A stretch of 63,945 bases of DNA, the filler included, from Parasitella parasitica NRRL 2501 (Eukaryota > Fungi > Mucoromycota): assembly GCA_025201805.1 (NCBI GenBank). It is 8 parts of 7 records of this genome, joined end to end, with 100 filler letters (N's around TTAATTAATTAA, not from the genome) between each part and the next. Parts side by side here need not be neighbours in the genome. Positions count along the whole stretch, not along the records: positions 10,085 to 27,272 come from MU619469.1; 7 more parts are not named here. One strand, given 5' to 3'. The notes beneath the pieces were generated by a model. It saw only the letters and a list, made by a program, of their open reading frames with translations, searched no databases and had not been told where the DNA came from. The position numbers and the translations under genes were made by a program. How positions within the stretch are numbered: the stretch's first letter is position 1; each line of letters begins with the position of its first letter. This document shows, piece by piece, positions 11,541 to 20,054 of this stretch.

Positions 11541-14384
11541 TTACAAATTATTGCCGCTTTCGAGATATCTGTCTCTCTCGATTTGTGCAGGTGTCTTTTC
11601 AGTGAGTTCTTCTTCCATCATCATCCAAGGGATGTTACCTCGAGTTTTCTGTCCTTTTCGCATTGTACTAAAGAACTTTTTATTAACGCTGTTGGAGCGT
11701 CCAACGCTATCACCTGGGGATATCATTTCTTGCGGTGTTACAGATGCTCTACTGGTCTTTCTGGGAGCCCTACCGTTCCATGTTTTAGCATTGACAGAGT
11801 ATCCACTGCTGATTCTCAATGCTGTAGCTGTACTGTTGCCAGCACTGCTCTTACGACTATGACCCCGGCTGCTATCAGCACTACTGTTACGAGGAGACGA
11901 TACCGCAGATGTAATTGTCATGGGCGAGGTAGAGAATCGGCTTGTGACAACAACAGGTTTATCCTCAAAAGACGACTCTTGGACCTTATTGCTACCGTTT
12001 GCTTTACTGATTGCATTCTGACGGATAGCAATTGGCTCGCTGCTAATACTACCGGAGGTGGCAACAGGTTCATTAGTAGCTACCATAGTTTTTACAGTAG
12101 AGGACGAAAAGGACGCCGATGGCTCTGGACCTTGTATAGGAAGGAAGTCTTCTTCTCCATTTTGACGAGCGAGCAAAGAAGCGCGTTTAGCAACCTGTTG
12201 AGTCAAGAGAGATTTCGACAAGAGGGATTGCTGTTGACGAGGAGATATTTTGGAGGAAAACGTGGACTGGGTAGATGTTGTGGCCACGCTTTCTGCTTCG
12301 GATAACATGCTGTAGTTGGACGCACTTTCTTTCATGTTGGTAATCCAAGTATCCTGAAGCATACGTCGAATAGTGTCTACTTCGCCTTTGTGTGCAGTTG
12401 CATTGCTGGGTGAATTTGGGGTGCTATCGTTAGCAAAGCTATCCTCAGCCAAGGCTGCAATGGACGAAGGCACTGCCTCAACTTTATTGCTGCCAGCAGG
12501 TATTTCATGCTGTTCTTTAGGCGATGGAGATGGCTGTTGCTGTGTCATCTCGGCTGCCTTGGAAGAAATATATTTTTCGTTATCGAATTCTTCGTCATCT
12601 GCCAAGGCATATTTGGTGGAGGATTCGGATGGCTTCAAATATGGGATAGGCACAGCAGAACGAAGGTTACTTGACGTAGAAGCGGGTATGGCTTTCTGAC
12701 GACTTGAGGTATAGGCTTGATCTGTAACAGTCGCTCTTTCGTCGACTACAAGCTCGACAGTTGGGTCAGAATCTAATTCCATTTTTTGGCTGTCATCAGG
12801 GATCACCTTGTTGGATAAGGAAGTAGAAGAAGAATAATCAAAAAGGCCTTTAAGTGATCTATTCATACCGCTGGTAGCAGAGGCAGTAATTGTTCTCAGT
12901 GTGTTTCTTCCCAGCGTTCCTCTTCTAAATGAACTATGGCGAGACACTCCGCCATTGCTATTATTAGACGATTCATCCTTTGCGTCAGACAGTAACGAGG
13001 CGTTGGATCCACTAGCCTTTGAAATGGTGCCAGCAAAGATAGAGGCAGAGAGAGAAGCCCTGTATTGAGTAGGAGCATTGCTTGAGGTGCTGTCCAAGCC
13101 GGATGTTATATTCAGGGGTAAATGATTTTCATTGACATTTTGGGTGTCGGCATTGGTTTTAGGGGCTTCCCACCAATCTGCAATATCGACTACGCTCTTT
13201 TTTGCTGATGATGCTGTCGAGGATGAAGTAGTGGTAGCCATGGCAGTGGAGGATGGTACAGGGAGAGCGTCTTCGTCGAACAGAACGCTTTCACGCACAA
13301 GACGTCTCATCGAGCCAGATGTAAGGGTCATGTGCTCACCGTTATTTTTAGGGCCGCGAATACTAGCATATCGAACGGAGCTGTGTCTGGATACCTTACC
13401 AACGCTATTGTCATCATTTTCCTCTGGTAGATCAAACGGATCAGCAACTGCCATTGAACGGGTTTTTGTTTTTTTGGAAGCAGAGCGAATAACACGTTTT
13501 GCAGCTTTAACAGGTTCCTGGAGATTTGGATTAGGAGTTATTGGAGAGCCATCATAATCAGAGTATACGGATGGGCTAGTAGTTGAGTGAGTTATGATGT
13601 TAATTTCTGGTATTTGAGCTGGAAGTGGTAGTGATGTGCGGGCTGCTTCTAATGATGGAGGCGGATCCATGTCAATTATTACTTTGGAAGAGTCTTCTTT
13701 CAGAGGGACAATAACATTGTTGTCTTCTCCTGAGTTTCTAGTTTGATTGTCATCTAAAAACAGATGCTGGGCAGAATTTTTGCCCGATTTCTGCTTGACT
13801 CTCATTGATTGTCTCAGCGTGGATTTGATTGTTGCGGCTTTTTGCTGCACGTTGGCATAAAATGAAGGCGTACCAACATCGATCGAGACAAAATCATTCT
13901 CTTGCTTCTTTTTGTTGCTCAGGTAAATGTCGTAAAAGTCTTCAGTGATGTCCCCGCCTAGCTCCATTTTGTCTGAAAAGAATGATGTCGAAGGGGGTGG
14001 TAATGGTAATGAAAATTTGATCTCCTGTGCAGGCTCAGGGGGTGGATAGTCTGATTCGTCGATATTAGATGCGACTTTATCCGTTTTCTCGTTTGGTTGA
14101 GGAGTAACTGTTGTAGTAGTCGTTGTAGTCGTTGTGGTCTTTTGGATAGTCTGTGTTGGTGGCAACGAGGCCTCTGATTTTGGGTTAAATAATTTTTGCT
14201 TTTGTGTTATTAATGTTTGGAGTATTTTTTTCTCGTCCTGGTTGTGCGTCGTATCAACCGAAAGTGATCTCGACCGCCGTTTTTTCATACAAAGCACTGA
14301 GACTGCAATCAATACAACGGCCACAACAGCAATAATTGCAATAGCCCAGATTGGGAAAGTGGGTTGAGATTGTGGTTGATCCAT
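11541..14384 (-). CDS. 947-aa single-pass membrane protein with long Ser/Thr-rich disordered tail, unknown function
   Basis: Uninterrupted ORF; N-terminal hydrophobic helix IWAIAIIAVVAVVLIAVSVLC followed by basic KKRRSR. Confidence 0.85.
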   Translation of the reverse strand: MDQPQSQPTFPIWAIAIIAVVAVVLIAVSVLCMKKRRSRSLSVDTTHNQDEKKILQTLITQKQKLFNPKSEASLPPTQTIQKTTTTTTTTTTVTPQPNEKTDKVASNIDESDYPPPEPAQEIKFSLPLPPPSTSFFSDKMELGGDITEDFYDIYLSNKKKQENDFVSIDVGTPSFYANVQQKAATIKSTLRQSMRVKQKSGKNSAQHLFLDDNQTRNSGEDNNVIVPLKEDSSKVIIDMDPPPSLEAARTSLPLPAQIPEINIITHSTTSPSVYSDYDGSPITPNPNLQEPVKAAKRVIRSASKKTKTRSMAVADPFDLPEENDDNSVGKVSRHSSVRYASIRGPKNNGEHMTLTSGSMRRLVRESVLFDEDALPVPSSTAMATTTSSSTASSAKKSVVDIADWWEAPKTNADTQNVNENHLPLNITSGLDSTSSNAPTQYRASLSASIFAGTISKASGSNASLLSDAKDESSNNSNGGVSRHSSFRRGTLGRNTLRTITASATSGMNRSLKGLFDYSSSTSLSNKVIPDDSQKMELDSDPTVELVVDERATVTDQAYTSSRQKAIPASTSSNLRSAVPIPYLKPSESSTKYALADDEEFDNEKYISSKAAEMTQQQPSPSPKEQHEIPAGSNKVEAVPSSIAALAEDSFANDSTPNSPSNATAHKGEVDTIRRMLQDTWITNMKESASNYSMLSEAESVATTSTQSTFSSKISPRQQQSLLSKSLLTQQVAKRASLLARQNGEEDFLPIQGPEPSASFSSSTVKTMVATNEPVATSGSISSEPIAIRQNAISKANGSNKVQESSFEDKPVVVTSRFSTSPMTITSAVSSPRNSSADSSRGHSRKSSAGNSTATALRISSGYSVNAKTWNGRAPRKTSRASVTPQEMISPGDSVGRSNSVNKKFFSTMRKGQKTRGNIPWMMMEEELTEKTPAQIERDRYLESGNNL

Positions 14385-14780
14385 CTTTATAGCTTGTTAA
14401 CAAAAGTAATGTTTGCAAATGTAAATATCACAACTTACAGTAGTATTGCTTTTTGTCTTGAAAACACTATAATCAAAGGAAAAAGAAAATACAAAAACAA
14501 ATTTTCAATCAGGCAAGACATAGATGAATACTAAACGGAGATGGCCTGTTTTTTATAAAAAAAAGGGGTTATCATCATTAATGAAAAGGAGACATTTAGT
14601 ATACTACAGTACACAGTACTTTTTTGATTATCAAAGTTAGTAAATTAGCTCGAAAAGAAGGGAGGGGGGGCATACTGTGTGTATGCATTGTGAAATATAT
14701 AGAGAAAACAAGGGGTTTGCTTGTTCTCTGTCACGAGATGATGCTATTGTAATGCTAAACTAATATCTGCAGCAGGACTT

Positions 14781-15441
14781 CTATGTATCTTGCTGCTCTA
14801 TATGATCTCCAATACTACTATTGCCTATGGCGAAGAATTGCGGGTAATTATGGGGTTTGATTAGACTTGCTTGTGATCTGAATCCTTTGTGATAGAGCCA
14901 ATCTGTTAGCCAATCTTTAAATGTCATTCGAGGCGTGCACAGATAGAAACTGCCGTACCATGTGCCAATCCAGACTTCTCCTCTAGAGTTTCCTTCGAAT
15001 ATCAAAATCCAAAAATGACTGAAAGAGTTGAAACATGAGCCCAATACAATATATCCTCCAATCTCCTTGAGTGTCACCTGCACTGACGCGCTTTCTTTTG
15101 CAATATCCACGTTATATTGACCTTCTTGTCGGCCAATTATTTATTTTACTTCATCTACAATATGCTCTTTCTCAAAAGGAAATGGCTTACCAAGTATTGT
15201 TAGTATATCAGTAGACTTTAGTGAATATCCGGACGATGTGCTTCCAAATCGCAGAATTTATTCTTGACATGGACCTCTTGCTCCAACTCCATTGCCAATA
15301 TTCAACAGATACAGACGATACTTTCCAGGAGGATACATCAAGTCGATCAATATGTTATACACTGTACATAAGTAAAAAAAAAAAAAAAAATTATTTCCTT
15401 CAAAAAAGTCAAAAACCTTCCAAATTCAGAAGGTAATAACT
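14781..15441 (-). pseudogene. 3' part of a SMI1/KNR4 (SUKH)-like gene disrupted by the Fanzor element
   Basis: LPSEF, YRLYLLNIGNG..GP, GKPFPF, GYIVLG...ILIFEGNSRGEVW resemble SMI1/KNR4 motifs; two in-frame TAA stops. Confidence 0.6.
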
Positions 15442-18400
15442 GAATATTTCCCTGCATTTGAGACAATAAAATTAAATCCTGATTTGCCACGAAATCTCGT
15501 TAATATTAGAGCCCTGAAGTTATAAACCTTCACATTTTCAATTTATTCTATTAAAAAACAATACATATCAACCACTATTTTGCTTGTTAATAATGTATCA
15601 TCTATGTCATCGCTTTTGATGGTCGCAAAAGACGCCTTATTGCTATTAATGATGAAGAAGAATAAATGTCAGATCAGTCGTGAGTCTTGCGGACAAGTCA
15701 GCACTTGAACAGCCAATTTACTTTCATGATGCATGCACTCAACAACAATCATAACCAAGAAGTTGGGCATAACTCTGACCACAATTCCCTGTTAAGTGCA
15801 ATGTCTTTTCAGTTACATCAGCAAAATCGACGACTAAAGACAAGACAGCAACGAGAAATAATCCAAACATTGAAAACAAGCCAGCAATTCCTGAAATTGC
15901 AGCTACAGCTTGCTTTGGCAGGTGAGGGACACGGTAGATTGATAAATTGAGAATTTGGACCAACAAAGGTAAAAACTGGTTGCAAACACGACATCCCATC
16001 CAAAACTAGCAAGTTTTCTTTTCTTAGCTTTATCGTACCCCTGCCGCCAAACATGAAGTTCAAAAAAAGACAGTTAGAATGTTATGTTGCAGGCTCTACT
16101 ATCATCAATCCTCCAGCTTCGTTTCTAAAGCCATCCAGTGGGCTTTGAAGCAAAGTCCAGACATCCAAAGAGAAAACGGATTACTGGAATGCCCTGCAGT
16201 TGCAATTTCGAATCTGTCTTCTACGCTCAATTGTACATTGCAGAAAGAAAAATGGAGACTATGATGAGCTGTATATCTCTTAAATGAAAAGCATTAGAAT
16301 ACCTAAAGGCGTAATGCAAGAAGCAGAAGCAAAAATCGAGAGTCCAGGAAAAATCACAACGATGTTAAGCACCGTGTATACACAGAATAAAAAGGCTGGA
16401 AGTCCAATGAAGAATTATGATTAGTGGACAGAATTTGTGTAGAAGAACTTCCAGTCTCTTTTAGATTTACCAGGAAAGGATGATGGTAGCAATGATGATA
16501 ATGACAGTGAAGATAGCGAAGATGAAGACAATGATGGAGCGAATCAAGATGACGCTGAGCAATTTCGCGCATGCTCAATTTCTTTGAGTCAAGTGTTCAG
16601 AGACGACTTGCCAGACGACATCAAATCGTTATTCATCAATACAATCGGTGCTACCATGGAGCAAGTATCTAATTATACCTCTGACTTCAGCAAGCAGGTT
16701 CTCAAAGTCGCTCTGTTGTTTGCTGAGTATACATTTGAATCTAATGACGGCAATATTGAACTTGTCTACGATGGTGGAAACACCATTGCGTCAATACTGC
16801 CAGAAGGGTATTTAAAGGAAGACACCACTGTACCAAAGCCATTAGATTCCAGCTCTCTCCAGAATGACTAGTTTAATGCTCACTATCAATCGCTGTTTCT
16901 AGAAACCCACTTGGAACAAATTCACTCAACATACTATGGTCAAGTGGGTATTGAAGAATCTACCCTTAAAAAGTCGCCTCTCCATAAGGCAATTGTAAAC
17001 GTTTTGGGCCGTGATAAAGCCAACCCACATCAAAATCTGTCCTCGCACGTTATGAAGATGGCTCGCCAACAGTATTGCACGAATCTTCGCATTATGTTGT
17101 CCAAAAATACTACTGTCAACAAGCTACTTAGAAAGCTCTTGAACTTCTTGCTGTTGATTCATTTATCTCCCGATCAGAACCATGCTATCAAGGCGAAGAA
17201 GACTGAAAGAGAATCGACCAAGCTTCGAAAAAACCATAAAAGCAAACAGAGAGTGACAAATTGCAGTATCCCAATGGCAAAAATTTCAGTGCTGAACAAG
17301 ACAAGAAATGGAAGACGAAAGCTGTTTTTCTGATGAAAAGAAGCTAAAAGCCAAGTATGAAGAGAAAGGGAAGCATGAGGCAGCAGACATGTGCCAAATG
17401 AGAATCGATACATATGAGCAAATACTTTATAGGAGATAGGGGTCGTCTGGTTTTCAAAGGAAATCATAATGTCATAACTCGGAATGTATGTAGCAAGCGG
17501 AAAGGGACAGAAATCCAAGACAGCAGCAGCAACAGCAGCAGAAGCAAGGAAAGCGTCAAGAAAGCAATACTGATGATAGAGAGAACTAAGAGAAAGGGAA
17601 AAATACCAATGTATCTAGAAAAAGAATCAGTCAGTTAGTCAACACTGCAAGATCAACATTGTTTACCACGCAAGATATCACAGACGCATACCTCCAAGAT
17701 CAGGATGAACACATCACCACACAAGAATCTGCAACAATCATCAAAATTACTAGCTTTATTCGGCCATACATACCATCAAGCGAGACTTATCATCTCCTCC
17801 CATGCCAACTCAAGTTCATCTTGACGGCAAACCAAGTACTGTGCTCTATCGGCTATGAAGGCCAAGTTGCTAAATTTATTCCAATAGTCAGACCCACTAA
17901 TTTGCATGCACTTCTTATTGACACAAAGACCCTGTATGCACTTTTTTGCTCGAGCAAACTTTTAAAACGGATGTATCTTCGAGACTTTCAAGGCAATTAA
18001 GTAAAGCAAAAGGACGCCAACGCCAAAAAAAGATGCCATCTTTATTCTTTAACATTGACAATCTGAAAAACGTGACATCAAGCTATGGGATGGAGTTCGT
18101 AAATAGAATACACATTATACCAGGATCGAAGACTGTCAGATTGTATGGCAGGATTGGACATTTCAAGTCTAGTCGCAGGAACCCAGAAACAAAAAGCAAG
18201 CTGAGCCGTCATACCGATGACGACCAGTTACGAGCTATGAAGGCTCGAAAGAAGGAGCTTGATAAGTCACTCAGGGATCGCACAAACGAATTGTATCAGT
18301 TTCTTCAAGACAGCGACAGTGTTCGTGGTCTCAAAAAAACTTGGAGAACCAATTTTGAAGAGCAAAAACAATGTTATGAGAAAGCCGAAGATGCCCAAGA

Positions 18401-19763
18401 AAGGGATAAAACTTCTGATCTTACGAAGACTTGGAAGGCTAAAGTTGAAGAAAAAGACGAGCGCTATCAGAATGTGGAAACAGCAAAGTTAAGAAAGAGA
18501 GGGTTAATGGTGGCTATTCGAGACACAAAGGAGAGGCTTCAGTCTCTGAGGCGAGAGATTCATGAATATGGAAAACCTTTAGTGGATGATTTGAAAAATC
18601 TAATACCATTTAAGCTCTTCACAATGGTTAGCAAGGGATGCTGTAGAAAGATAGAGGAATGCAAGCTGGATGAAGACATGGATATGGCAACAGCCGTGTT
18701 CAGTGGCACGGATAATGGCATTATAAAGACCACCGAGACAGTGTTTTTTTATATCGATCGTTTCGCATCACACTTGAAACTGTACAATAGGTTTCAGATC
18801 TTGGGTATGTAACTCGATGCCTTTGAACAAATATGTGTATAGCTAAAGAAACTGATTCTATATATGTTTGCCTATTATAGAGGATACCAAAGATGCAGAC
18901 AATGCTGATGGTTCAAATACAGATGAAGCTGATATTTTTGAACACTTGACTCTACCTCGCACTCTCACTTTGGGCTCCAAGCAAATCAATCAAGATACCG
19001 GCTTGGCTACTTTTACAAATTCGTTGACTCGAAAAAAGAAGACCACAGAAGACGGGTATAGAGTTTTGGAGATGGAAATAGGTCTTGGAAAAAATAGCCT
19101 TTATCAATGCTCAACAGCTGATGGTTTGGAGGAAGCCTATTCGCATCACACTAGTGTGCGCGCATTGTTGCGCTCATTCTATTACAGTCAATCTATGGCA
19201 AAAAGAAGAAGACGGCTGGAACTCTCTTACAGAAAAGGCTTTGACAGACTAGCAGCTTACGAGAGAAAGAGTTCTAGTGCAAAGAGGCCGATTATGTTTG
19301 TTGGTGATCGTGGACACGGATTCGGCTCTCGCATCAAGGGACACAGACGATTTGGTGGGTTCTGGAAACAGCAGCGACATGGTCGTTATACGCCAACGCT
19401 GATAACAAAAGAACATAATACGTCGCAAACGTGTGTTTTCAGCTTCCACAAGCTCTCTCATCCTGTGGCTGCTCTCAATGGCAAAATACAAGGAACAGCT
19501 GGTTCATTTCTTTGCTTAAATCCCGAATGCCCCAATACTTTCAAGACAATGTGCCGCGACCAAGTCTCAGCACTTGCAATTGGTCTTGGTTGCCTTTTGT
19601 TTGGAGTAACTTTCCCCTGCTTCGACCCAAACCCCACCACTGCCAAGCGCATACAATTCAACAATTTAGCCCTATCTTTTTTGTACAGAAAACAGATACT
19701 GGGCTCGCCTTTCGATAGAGGCAATACTCTTTGAAGGTTAGTAAACAAATATAAAACGTGGGG
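15442..19763 (+). mobile_element. Fanzor-encoding mobile element
   Basis: Bounded by TAACT direct repeats at 15437-15441 and 19764-19768. Removing the insert plus one repeat rejoins the minus-strand frame ...LENIEYEL/LPSEF... The element contains a Fanzor ORF ending at the right end. Confidence 0.75.
16480..19734 (+). pseudogene. Fanzor1 (TnpB-related RuvC RNA-guided endonuclease), about 1000+ aa reconstructed, with stops, frameshifts and an intron at 18805-18880; start approximate
   Basis: RuvC-I FSGTDNG (D at 18711), PIMFVGD.G.G.GSRIKG, RuvC-II TKEHNTSQTC (E at 19411), zinc ribbon C-VF-S...CLNPEC, RuvC-III RDQVSALAI (D at 19558); ORF fragments 16584-16871, 16911-17333, 17659-18000, 17946-18812, 18868-19734. 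Confidence 0.9.
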
Positions 19764-19785
19764 TAACTCATACTCGATATTCTCC
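19631..19785 (+). ncRNA. Candidate Fanzor omega-RNA: scaffold overlapping the ORF end plus flank-derived guide
   Basis: Hand-folded hairpins at 19668-19705, 19707-19722 and 19725-19743; ACCCCAC (19631-37) complementary to GTGGGGT (19758-64) at the element end. Position matches known TnpB/Fanzor omega-RNAs; boundaries inferred. Confidence 0.55.
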
Positions 19786-19892
19786 AAATCTGCCCACTCC
19801 ATGCAGGGCTCAAGTTCCACAGATTCGCTTTCAAATTTCTCTTTGATAGACGCTATCTCCTCTACTGCAAGTTTATTAATGAAAACAGGCAT
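19764..19892 (-). pseudogene. 5' part of the disrupted SMI1/KNR4-like gene
   Basis: MPVF...ELEPCMEWADLENIEYEL joins in frame to LPSEF across the TAACT repeat. Confidence 0.55.
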
Positions 19893-20054
19893 TGGATGCA
19901 AAAGGAATGAAAAAAGTGATATATACAACTATCAAGGGCTATTATATATGCGTAGACAAATCGAATGAAGCCTTTACGTCCAGTATGGGTCTATAGTCTT
20001 TATTCTTTTTTGGGATAATAAATCTTGTGAATATATATATTACAATTGCTATGA

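Noticed and set aside
15442-19763. Assignment of the Fanzor element to PIF/Harbinger because of a TAA target
   Set aside because: No TIRs or Harbinger transposase visible, and the TSD length is ambiguous.
19458-19928. 156-aa minus ORF as an intact gene
   Set aside because: Chimeric: the SUKH 5' part reads into the antisense strand of the Fanzor end.
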